A DNA stretch of 54,998 bases, taken from assembly GCA_964628765.1 (NCBI GenBank), contig CAZVMT010000001.1, forward strand, positions 1 through 54,998, written 5' to 3'. Of the stretch, positions 24,684 through 32,849 are shown one piece after another. Made by a program: the position numbers and the translations under genes. This DNA comes from an uncultured Candidatus Bathyarchaeia archaeon (GTDB lineage: Archaea > Thermoproteota > Bathyarchaeia > TCS64). Every line of letters begins with the position of its first letter. Within the stretch, counting starts at the first letter, position 1. The notes beneath the pieces are model-generated. The model worked only from the letters and a program-made list of their open reading frames with translations. It had not been told where the DNA came from and searched no databases.

Positions 24684-25210
24684 CTAGATTTGCCATATTC
24701 TTATATCTATCGGGGCAAACAAGGATTGTCGGTTATCCAGAAGGCTTTGAAGAAGTCTACACGACTGTGCCGACCGCAGAATTATCCAGGGGCGTCATTC
24801 TCGATCTAGATAGGTTTGACCAAAGCGCTGATGATTTATTCAATGAATTCAAGCAAGGGGCGCGGACCTTTGGCGGACCTTTGGCTGAATTGCCGTTTAT
24901 TCTGGATAATGACGGGCTGGATTTCGAGAAGCGTATTATGTGGTTTGACGGCTTGGCTTTCACCCTCATTCCTATGTGGGCTGATGAAGTTCCGGGCCTT
25001 AGTATCGACCATGAAAAATATCGTAGTGGGGATATTGAATCTCATCCTAAGGCCAAGATACACTTTGAGCGCCCGCTAACGCTCGAACGAGATGACGGCG
25101 AAACCATACTAAGAATGCACTCCGAGACACGATATATCGAAGCGGGTCCCAAAACAGACGCCTTTATCGCCGAGCAAAGGCAGCACAATAAAGAGAAGGA
25201 TAACGAATGA
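24680..25210 (+). CDS. Hypothetical protein (lower GC)
   Basis: ATGA overlap with the upstream gene. Confidence 0.55.
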   Translation: MTRFAIFLYLSGQTRIVGYPEGFEEVYTTVPTAELSRGVILDLDRFDQSADDLFNEFKQGARTFGGPLAELPFILDNDGLDFEKRIMWFDGLAFTLIPMWADEVPGLSIDHEKYRSGDIESHPKAKIHFERPLTLERDDGETILRMHSETRYIEAGPKTDAFIAEQRQHNKEKDNE

Positions 25211-26103
25211 CCGACATGAACATTCTAATCGCTGGATTACATCACCGCGTAGGCACTGCCCGCTACATGACCGACGCTTTTGAGCGCCTGGGTCATGACA
25301 CCCGACACATCGGCTACCTGCCCGGCAACGACAACCCCGCCGACTCTAACCGCTGGCTGCCACAGGGCGACTGGCACAAGGCGTGGGAGGGCTGGACGCC
25401 GGACCTCGTGCTCTACATCGACACGATCTACCACACGTACCAGCACAACGTATACGGCAGCGTGCCCCACGTGACCGTGTGCACGTGTAACAACGTCTGC
25501 AACATGAGCACGACCAAGCATGCGCATTATTTTGTCGCCCACAAGCACAGCGAAGAGTGGCCGCTCGAAGGGCCTGATATGTCATGGATGCCCTGCGGCT
25601 ACGATCCGGCGCTGCACACGCCGAGTCCGATTGCATGGAGCAAGCGCGAATATGACATCGCTGTCGTGGGAGCAGGCACGGACCCGCGCCGGGAATACGT
25701 GGCAGCGCTGCGCGAAGCCGGGTTGTCTGTGCTGTTCGAAAGTGGCGTGTACTTCGAGGCTTACGTAGACGCCTACCACAACAGCCGCATGAGCCTCTGC
25801 GTCAACGTGTACAAGTCGCCCATGATGCGCTATTTTGAGAGTGCGGCGATGGGCTGCCTGATCATCGGAGACAACAGCCCGGACCTTGTCGATCTCAAAG
25901 CGCGGGGCATGGTGGGCGTAGACAGCGCAGTGGAAGCGGTAGAGCAGGCGCAGTATTATCTGGCCCACGCAAAGGAAGCCAACGCCATGATCAAGCAGGC
26001 GCAGCGGTGGGCCGCACGCAAGGTAAACGGCGTCCCGGCGCATTCGTGGGATGCACGGGCGCAGCAGATTGTCGATTGGTACAAGGAGGCATACGGTGGC
26101 TGA
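25207..26103 (+). CDS. CgeB-like glycosyltransferase
   Basis: SLCVNVYKSPMMRYFESAAMGCLIIGD plus a C-terminal helix pattern as in the CgeB family. Confidence 0.55.
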   Translation: MTDMNILIAGLHHRVGTARYMTDAFERLGHDTRHIGYLPGNDNPADSNRWLPQGDWHKAWEGWTPDLVLYIDTIYHTYQHNVYGSVPHVTVCTCNNVCNMSTTKHAHYFVAHKHSEEWPLEGPDMSWMPCGYDPALHTPSPIAWSKREYDIAVVGAGTDPRREYVAALREAGLSVLFESGVYFEAYVDAYHNSRMSLCVNVYKSPMMRYFESAAMGCLIIGDNSPDLVDLKARGMVGVDSAVEAVEQAQYYLAHAKEANAMIKQAQRWAARKVNGVPAHSWDARAQQIVDWYKEAYGG

Positions 26104-26788
26104 TATTATCCGCTGCACATCAGTGCACGACGCGCTGGCGCAGATTAACGTGACGTTCGGGATCGACGGCACACCATACCCCGACGAGGATCATTACACT
26201 GGGTGGGATTACGGCAAGGGGCAATTCCACAGCGGGGCAATTTTCGGCGTCGAGGGGCAGGTATTGTATTCGCTGGTTCGGGCGCTAGAAGCTGATACGA
26301 TTTTTGAAATTGGCCCTGCTACAGGATGCAGTAGTACGCATATTTTGGCCGCGCTGAAAACAATCGATAGCAAGCGCTTGTATTCAGGGCTTACTAGCGC
26401 TGATTTGCGAGAAGATGCAGGCAGCGAAATTCCCTATGAACTGCGCGGGCATTTTCGATTAACAGTAGAAAGCGGTGTAACAATGTTGGACGAATGGGAA
26501 CAAGAATGTATTGGGCATAGACAACCATATCCCATTATCGACATGGTATTCGACGACAGTTCTCACCTTCGCCCCGACGTTGCCGCCCATGCCGAGTACA
26601 TCAAGCGCCTACTGCGCCCCGGCGGCGTCTACGTTGTGCATGACGTGGCCCACCCGATGCACCGGGACAACGTGCAAGGCGGGCTGGCTGACGCGGGCCT
26701 GCTGGATGCCATGCTGCTGCTGTTGATCGAACCTGCCGACACCGGGATCGGTGTGTGGCGTAAGCCGCTTGGAGAGTATGATGCCTAA
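26096..26788 (+). CDS. Class I SAM-dependent methyltransferase
   Basis: AAGGAGG RBS before GTG 26096. Motif I IFEIGPATGCSS, plus VFDDSSH and GGVYVVHD. Confidence 0.7.
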   Translation: MADIIRCTSVHDALAQINVTFGIDGTPYPDEDHYTGWDYGKGQFHSGAIFGVEGQVLYSLVRALEADTIFEIGPATGCSSTHILAALKTIDSKRLYSGLTSADLREDAGSEIPYELRGHFRLTVESGVTMLDEWEQECIGHRQPYPIIDMVFDDSSHLRPDVAAHAEYIKRLLRPGGVYVVHDVAHPMHRDNVQGGLADAGLLDAMLLLLIEPADTGIGVWRKPLGEYDA

Positions 26789-27080
26789 AATAACAGATAC
26801 ATCATATAAAATCTATTGTGATGAAATTCCCGGACATGAAATAATGACAAAACAAGAGATAAGAAGAGCTTGTTATAAACAAGCGCATCAAGAGATAGAG
26901 GGCTATCTTCGCGGCAGTTGGTGGCCCTTGCATTCTGGAAATAATTCACAAATAGATATAGGTTATTGCTTTCCGCTAGGTATGCCTATCCCCGCAGATG
27001 AATTGATAAGAATGGGGTACACGCAAGAAGCGAAGCAAAAAACAGAAGTAGAAATATTCTGGGGAAAAAGAAACTCATGA
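26778..27080 (+). CDS. Hypothetical small protein encoded by a low-GC gene
   Basis: Markedly AT-rich. Overlaps the end of the upstream gene. Confidence 0.55.
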   Translation: MMPKITDTSYKIYCDEIPGHEIMTKQEIRRACYKQAHQEIEGYLRGSWWPLHSGNNSQIDIGYCFPLGMPIPADELIRMGYTQEAKQKTEVEIFWGKRNS

Positions 27081-28786
27081 TCACTGTATCTATTGTGTCA
27101 GGCACCTACAATCGCATCAATCACCTGACCGCCATGCTCGACAGCGCCCGCCGCTCTCTGCCTGCCGGGGTGCCCTATGAATTCGTGATTGTGGATGGGG
27201 GCAGCACGGACGGCACGCTCGACTACCTGCGGCGCCAGTCGGACGTGGCGCTAATCGAGCACGGTGAACTGCGCGGCGCAATCCGCGCATTCTGCGACGG
27301 GGCACAGGCGGCAAGGGGTAAGTACGTGCTGCTGGCGAATGACGATGTGACATTCCGCCCCTACGGGATCGCGGCGGCAATCGCACACCTCGACGATAAT
27401 CCCCACTGCGGCGCGGTGGCATTTCGTGACAACCGGCCCGCGCCCGGCTACCCGCACGGCGTGTACAAGACACAGACGACGGCAGTCCGGCTGGCGAACG
27501 GCAAGCGGTCGCACGTGACGTTTGCTCAGGTCGGCCTGTTTCGCCGCTGGCTAGGCGATGCTGTGGGTTGGTGGGGGGCAGATGATCCAGTTATGGGCGT
27601 GTCGCGCACGTATGGCGGGGACAACTTCCTGAGCGCCCGTATTTGGGAGGAAGGCTACACAGTCGAGGAAGTGACATTCGCTGATGTGACCGATCATGTT
27701 GCCAACGACGACCTGCGGCACAACAACACGGCGCATACCGGCGGCATTCACCCTGACAGCAAGGCATTTCGGGACCGCTTCCCTGACGGCGCGATCCTGC
27801 CCGCTGTGTCAAAGGTCGCCAGTGACCCGCGCCCACTGCGCATTCTGTACCTGTCAATCTACGAGCCGCATACGCTGCAACACACAACCAAGCGCGGTTT
27901 GCGGCAGGCGCTCAAACTGATCGGCCTCGTGTGGGAGGTGGACTACCTCAACAGCAGTATGGACCTTGCTCACGTGGTCAAGGCATGGCAGCCGGACTTG
28001 GTGCTGAGCCAGTTCCACGATGGCAGAAATGTCACCGCCGATAAGCTGGCGTATATCCGTAAGTTGTCCCCACATTCGACCTGGGTCAACTGGTCGGGGG
28101 ACGCGCGGGGACTGTTGGAGCCGGAATATATTGACCTACTGACCCATGTCGATCTGCAACTGGTCGTTAATGCCAGCGTGTTGGGTAATTATGCGGAAAT
28201 GGCAATTCCTGCGTCATTCTGGCAAGTCGGCTATGAACTACCGCAGTGTGAATTGCCCGATGTGCCGCCCTATGATGTGGTGTTCCTCGGCAACAACACG
28301 AACGCCCACCGCGCCGAAATGGTGGCCCGACTGCGGGCGATCTCTGGCATCGCGTTCGGGCTATACGGGGCGGGGTGGCAGGATGCAGATGGGCAGTGTC
28401 TATATGACTTCGCCACCGCTTGCGCCCTGCATCGCTCGGCGCGGATTGTGATCGGTGATACATTCCCCGACACATGGGGTTTTGTCTCTAATCGTATGGT
28501 TCAAGTGTTGGGCGATGGGGCGTTTTTGCTGCATGAACGGATCGCGGGTCTAACGGAACGTATGGGGGTTGTACCGGGCGAACATTACGCCGACTGGGCT
28601 GACCTCGACGATCTTGAAGCGCAGATCGCCTACTGGCTACAACCCGAACAAGACGCGAAGCGCAAGCGTATCATGCTTGCGGGACAGGCGTTTGTACAGG
28701 AACGGTACGTATTCGACGCGCTGGTGCGGCAGTTGTTCGATGACCTGCTGCCGATGATCCGGCAAGGACAGAGGGAAACAGCATGA
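27077..28786 (+). CDS. Two-domain glycosyltransferase (N-terminal GT2, C-terminal CgeB-like)
   Basis: SIVSGTYNR...FVIVDGGSTDGT...LANDDV in the N-terminal half. VSNRMVQVLGDGAFLLHE...LEAQIAYWL in the C-terminal half. Confidence 0.75.
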   Translation: MITVSIVSGTYNRINHLTAMLDSARRSLPAGVPYEFVIVDGGSTDGTLDYLRRQSDVALIEHGELRGAIRAFCDGAQAARGKYVLLANDDVTFRPYGIAAAIAHLDDNPHCGAVAFRDNRPAPGYPHGVYKTQTTAVRLANGKRSHVTFAQVGLFRRWLGDAVGWWGADDPVMGVSRTYGGDNFLSARIWEEGYTVEEVTFADVTDHVANDDLRHNNTAHTGGIHPDSKAFRDRFPDGAILPAVSKVASDPRPLRILYLSIYEPHTLQHTTKRGLRQALKLIGLVWEVDYLNSSMDLAHVVKAWQPDLVLSQFHDGRNVTADKLAYIRKLSPHSTWVNWSGDARGLLEPEYIDLLTHVDLQLVVNASVLGNYAEMAIPASFWQVGYELPQCELPDVPPYDVVFLGNNTNAHRAEMVARLRAISGIAFGLYGAGWQDADGQCLYDFATACALHRSARIVIGDTFPDTWGFVSNRMVQVLGDGAFLLHERIAGLTERMGVVPGEHYADWADLDDLEAQIAYWLQPEQDAKRKRIMLAGQAFVQERYVFDALVRQLFDDLLPMIRQGQRETA

Positions 28787-29082
28787 CAATCACACTCCCC
28801 CTGCTTGACTTGCTGCTGCTGGTATTCGCCACGTGGCGGATATCTTACCTGCTCGTGCACGAGGCCGGGCCGGGTAACGTGTTCCGCCGTCTGCGGGACC
28901 GCTTCCCGGCAGAGGGGCGCGGTGGCATCGGTGACGCGCTGGCCTGCGTCTATTGCACATCGGTATGGGTAGGCACGGCGCTGTTCATGCTGTGGCTCAC
29001 GCCGCTGTGGTGGCTGATCATCCCGCCTGCTGTGTCGGGCATGGCGATCATGTTGAGCACGTATACGGGAGTGGATGTGTGA
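28783..29082 (+). CDS. DUF1360-like small membrane protein
   Basis: ATWRISYLLVHE...CVYCTSVWVG pattern and 3 hydrophobic helices. Confidence 0.5.
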   Translation: MTITLPLLDLLLLVFATWRISYLLVHEAGPGNVFRRLRDRFPAEGRGGIGDALACVYCTSVWVGTALFMLWLTPLWWLIIPPAVSGMAIMLSTYTGVDV

Positions 29083-29083
29083 T

Positions 29084-29320
29084 ATGAGATTCACAATTAG
29101 CAGAACGTCATTGGCTACCGGATTAGGCACAAAATGCAAGTCGCAACCATGCCCGGAAGCCATAGAGGGTACCGATGGCTTGTGGTATATTGACTTCCCC
29201 GCTGCTGAGGATGTATTGGCCTTTCTCCAAAAATATGATGAGTGTCTAGTCAAATGGGAGCCGAACCCCCACCTGTCACCATATCCGCTTATTGACATCA
29301 ACGACGAGCATTATTTTTAG
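29084..29320 (+). CDS. Hypothetical small protein
   Basis: Start lies adjacent to the upstream stop codon. Confidence 0.5.
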   Translation: MRFTISRTSLATGLGTKCKSQPCPEAIEGTDGLWYIDFPAAEDVLAFLQKYDECLVKWEPNPHLSPYPLIDINDEHYF

Positions 29321-29336
29321 GCGGAATAATTGCTGC

Positions 29337-29364
29337 TTGACAGCGTTACTAGTTGTGGTATGAT
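29337..29364 (+). promoter_or_regulatory. Sigma70-type promoter of the head-tail/tail operon (TTGACA-16-TATGAT)
   Basis: Hexamers read directly from the sequence. Confidence 0.6.
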
Positions 29365-29421
29365 CAGAGTGCGTTAGACAATTGAGCAAATGCCCCGCAC
29401 CGCCTGCGGGTAACACCGGAG

Positions 29422-29470
29422 GCCCCCGGTAAACCAGAGTATCGGTTTCGGGGGCTTTTTGTTTTGGGTG
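29422..29470 (+). terminator. Leader terminator just upstream of the first tail-module gene
   Basis: GCCCCCG..AAACC-loop-GGTTT-CGGGGGC followed by TTTTTGTTTT. The gene ATG is at 29475. Confidence 0.8.
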
Positions 29471-29474
29471 ATAC

Positions 29475-29972
29475 ATGCATCTAACTGTGACATACAACGA
29501 ACGCAAAGCGGCGATTTTCAACCTGACTGACAGCCGGGCGCTATCTCGCGCTGTGGCGAAACACGTCGAACGTACAATCGCGCCAGCGGTTGAGCGCCGC
29601 ATGAATCGCACGCTGCAATTTTTGCCCGGCAAGCCGAAGTATCCGATCCGGTGGGCCAGCGACAGACAGCGTCGTTATGTGATGGCGATGCTCAGGAAAC
29701 AGGGCAAAATACCATATAAGCGCAGCGGGAAATTGGCACGAGGCTGGCAGGTTCTATCGGCATTTGATGCCAAGACGGACGGCGGATCGCTGACCGTTGA
29801 CAACCCGGCAAGCATCGCCAAATACGTGTATGGCCCTGAGCAGCAGCCGTTCCACCAGGACACCGGCTGGCCCGATTTCGCCGAGTGGGTAGATCAGGAG
29901 CGGGAGCGCGCCGTCAATGACCTAATGGGCGTTTGGCCCGACATCCTGATAGACGCCCTGGATTTAGGGTAG
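29475..29972 (+). CDS. Putative head-tail joining/virion protein
   Basis: Assigned by position. No motif recognised. Confidence 0.5.
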   Translation: MHLTVTYNERKAAIFNLTDSRALSRAVAKHVERTIAPAVERRMNRTLQFLPGKPKYPIRWASDRQRRYVMAMLRKQGKIPYKRSGKLARGWQVLSAFDAKTDGGSLTVDNPASIAKYVYGPEQQPFHQDTGWPDFAEWVDQERERAVNDLMGVWPDILIDALDLG

Positions 29973-29981
29973 GGGGCTATT

Positions 29982-30839
29982 ATGGCCTATGCGACATTAA
30001 GCGACGCCAAGCTAGAGTTGGATACAACCGCGACCACCGACGATACAACGCTGCTGCGGTTTCTTGACATTGCTTCGCGGCGCATTGACAACATTCTCGG
30101 CTTTCCATTGGAGCCGCGCATTATGACACGCCGTTTTTTCCTGCGGTCCGATCTTGTCAATTCGCGGCTTGGCAATCTGTACCTGGACATGCCAATGCTG
30201 GCATTGACTGCCGTCACCGTCTACAACACGGCGCTGACAATCGGAACCAATGTCGAGTTGTGGCCGAGCGGCTTTGTGCCCTCAACTGTGCTGCACCTCA
30301 AAAGCACGGAATACGACTGGTATCGCACGTGGTACGACAGCAGCTACAGCGCCATTGTGACCGTCACGGGGCTGTGGGGGTATCATCCTGATTACGACTA
30401 CGCGTGGCAGACCGAGGACCTTGTTAAAGACGCAGCCGGAATCAGCGCCAGTGTCAACGAGATCACGGTTACGGACGCGGACGGCGCAGACTGGCTCGAC
30501 AGAACGCCCCGGTTCAGCGCCGGGCAACTGCTGCGCATCGAGGCCGAATACGTGCGGGTTACGGCAGTGGATACGACCACTAACAAGATAACCGTGCGGC
30601 GCGGGGTGAATGGCTCAACTGCCGCCCTCCATGCGCTTGACACGCCGATTTACGTCTATTCGTGTGATGACGTGATCCGGCATGGCGTGGCGCGACAGGC
30701 GGGGTTGCTCTACAAACGCCAGGGCGCGTTTGACCAGCCGCAGGGAGACTTTGGCGGGATCGCTTACCCGTCCGATCTGCTGGCTGAACTTCGCGACATC
30801 CTACAGGGTTATGCCATGCCGAACGAGGCGTATTTATGA
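29982..30839 (+). CDS. Head-tail connector (gp6-like N-terminal domain) protein
   Basis: N-terminus ATLSDAKLELDTTATTDDTTLLRFLDIASRRIDNILG matches the head-tail connector pattern. Confidence 0.6.
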   Translation: MAYATLSDAKLELDTTATTDDTTLLRFLDIASRRIDNILGFPLEPRIMTRRFFLRSDLVNSRLGNLYLDMPMLALTAVTVYNTALTIGTNVELWPSGFVPSTVLHLKSTEYDWYRTWYDSSYSAIVTVTGLWGYHPDYDYAWQTEDLVKDAAGISASVNEITVTDADGADWLDRTPRFSAGQLLRIEAEYVRVTAVDTTTNKITVRRGVNGSTAALHALDTPIYVYSCDDVIRHGVARQAGLLYKRQGAFDQPQGDFGGIAYPSDLLAELRDILQGYAMPNEAYL

Positions 30840-31300
30840 GCAATCATGGCGATTTGTTAGCGCGGATGGTAGCGTTGCAGCAGGAAGCGATAGTCGGATC
30901 GGTAGCCTACCCGCGCCGGTTTGCCAAAACACCAACGCTCCCCTACTGGTTGAACTGGCTAGGCCCGGCCACTTACGAAACTAACAGCGAGGATGAACTT
31001 GTTGAGACGCGCACGGTTACAACGCGGCTTGTCGTGGCCCATGCCACGCAGGGTTACGACGGGGAGCCGGAAGAATTACTCAACGGATACATCGAGGCGT
31101 GGATCGCAACAATAATCGACGCACCTGGTTTACAATCGACAACTTACCCAACCGAAGCGGCCTATATCATGCCCAATGCCATTCTGCCGGACAGTGATAC
31201 CGGGATCGAGTATCTGCTCGATACGGTCAGTCCGTTTGTAATGGTTGGCGTCGAGTTTTCGGTCGATGTCGAGTTGGTTTATAGGAGAACAGTCGCATGA
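30836..31300 (+). CDS. Putative head closure/tail completion protein
   Basis: ATGA overlap and position. Confidence 0.5.
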   Translation: MSNHGDLLARMVALQQEAIVGSVAYPRRFAKTPTLPYWLNWLGPATYETNSEDELVETRTVTTRLVVAHATQGYDGEPEELLNGYIEAWIATIIDAPGLQSTTYPTEAAYIMPNAILPDSDTGIEYLLDTVSPFVMVGVEFSVDVELVYRRTVA

Positions 31301-32136
31301 CCACAGAAGTAATTGCCGCAGGGTTTACCAATGTTTACATTGGCGTTCTTGATACGGATGGTATGAGCCTGGGGTTCACTACATCCCTGAACGCCGGTGA
31401 TCAGAATGGGGCTGGTATGCGCCGGTTTGAGGGTGCTAAAAATGGCCCGATCAGTGTGCCGGAACCGGATACAGTTACCCCTACCGGAGATGACGAACCG
31501 AAAGGTAACTTTACTTTTGAGAGTACCACGCTGGCAAGCGGCGTGCTGACTACTTCGATCAAGGACATGAACATTGAGGCTATGTGCATGGGCCTCGAAG
31601 TCGTTAACATGGGTATGATGCAGATCGTCGTGACCGGTCAGCCCGAAAATCCACAGCGGCGTGATATGTGCTTGATTTTACAGCGCCGATCAATCTCCCG
31701 AACAGCGGGCGAAGTTGGTGTCTCCCGTTGGTCCGGTGTCTACATCCCCAAAGCGACTATCACGCCAATGGGTGCGCCGTTCGAGGAACGAGCCGCCGCC
31801 ACATACAGCTACAAGATCACGCTGAACAAGTCGGACCGCATGTTGTGGGGTGAGACGTTCGGTGTATCTGTGCATGGCACCGAGCAGGCAGCGTTCTACC
31901 AGTTCATCAGTGAATACCCGATTGTGCAGCACAGCTTCAGGGGTGATGGGGCGGAAACCGTGTTCAATCTGGCTCTCACGCCTGCCGGGACGACAAGCAA
32001 CTACCTCCGCGCCTGGAAAGCAGGCGTCTATCAATCGTCTGGCGTGACAGTGAATGCCGCCGCTAAAACGGTGACATTTGCCGCCGCGCCTGCTGCCGAC
32101 CAGATCGTTAACGTCGCTTATCAGTACACAACCTAG
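31297..32136 (+). CDS. Major tail protein
   Basis: Lies immediately upstream of the G/T chaperone pair. Confidence 0.6.
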   Translation: MTTEVIAAGFTNVYIGVLDTDGMSLGFTTSLNAGDQNGAGMRRFEGAKNGPISVPEPDTVTPTGDDEPKGNFTFESTTLASGVLTTSIKDMNIEAMCMGLEVVNMGMMQIVVTGQPENPQRRDMCLILQRRSISRTAGEVGVSRWSGVYIPKATITPMGAPFEERAAATYSYKITLNKSDRMLWGETFGVSVHGTEQAAFYQFISEYPIVQHSFRGDGAETVFNLALTPAGTTSNYLRAWKAGVYQSSGVTVNAAAKTVTFAAAPAADQIVNVAYQYTT

Positions 32137-32157
32137 CCTGCGGATGGCAAATAACAC

Positions 32158-32538
32158 ATGACTCAAATAACGAGGGAAATCGTGCATGGTGACGTTAAGC
32201 TGACCATACGACGCGCCACCATGCGCGACGTTATTCAGCGGGAGCGCGTATACTGGCAGGTTCGGCAGGAATCCGATACCGATCCCGGCCACCACTTCGC
32301 GCATTACTTTTCTCGCGCCGTTGCACAAACTGATGTTGAAGGTGACATTGGATGGACGCCGCCGCCGTTTGACGCTATGCCGGAAGAGTTGCGGCAGTCG
32401 CTCGACCAGTGGCTCGACATCGATGTCGAGTTGGCGCAATTGTGGTTTACCGCGCTACTGCTGGCAGACACCGCGCCGCAACCGGTCGAGATGACGCCAG
32501 CGGGTAAAGACGCGGCAAAAAAATCAGAGGCGGGTTAG
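32158..32538 (+). CDS. Tail assembly chaperone (G-like)
   Basis: Lies upstream of the tape measure gene and contains a slippery site near its 3' end. Confidence 0.75.
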   Translation: MTQITREIVHGDVKLTIRRATMRDVIQRERVYWQVRQESDTDPGHHFAHYFSRAVAQTDVEGDIGWTPPPFDAMPEELRQSLDQWLDIDVELAQLWFTALLLADTAPQPVEMTPAGKDAAKKSEAG

Positions 32539-32849
32539 ACCGCCGCTTTGAGATGCAGGCCGATGTCCGAGAACAGATCGCCGGAATTGTCGATGCCGAT
32601 CTTGGAAACACCGCCGCCGGTACCACGCTCGATGATTTTGGCTTCAACAATCCGCCACATGTGGTTATACGGTGCTTCCAGGCACTACGCAATTTCGGGA
32701 TATTACCGGAGCCGGGCGGCTTGTTGGACCAAGATCAGCAGTTGTGGGATGACATCATGACGATGTTCGCCGTGTACAACGATGTCAAGCGCCAGATCGA
32801 TCCACCGGCGGAGGCCCCTGCCGGTGACATCTATACGGATATGTGGTAA
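32158..32849 (+). CDS. Tail assembly chaperone G-T fusion product (via -1 frameshift at 32517-32523)
   Basis: The -1 frame (ORF 32553..32849) has no stop between the slippery site and 32847. Confidence 0.65.
32517..32523 (+). promoter_or_regulatory. -1 programmed ribosomal frameshift slippery heptamer A_AAA_AAA
   Basis: Zero-frame codons are gcA AAA AAA tca. The -1 frame is open from here to 32849. Confidence 0.75.
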
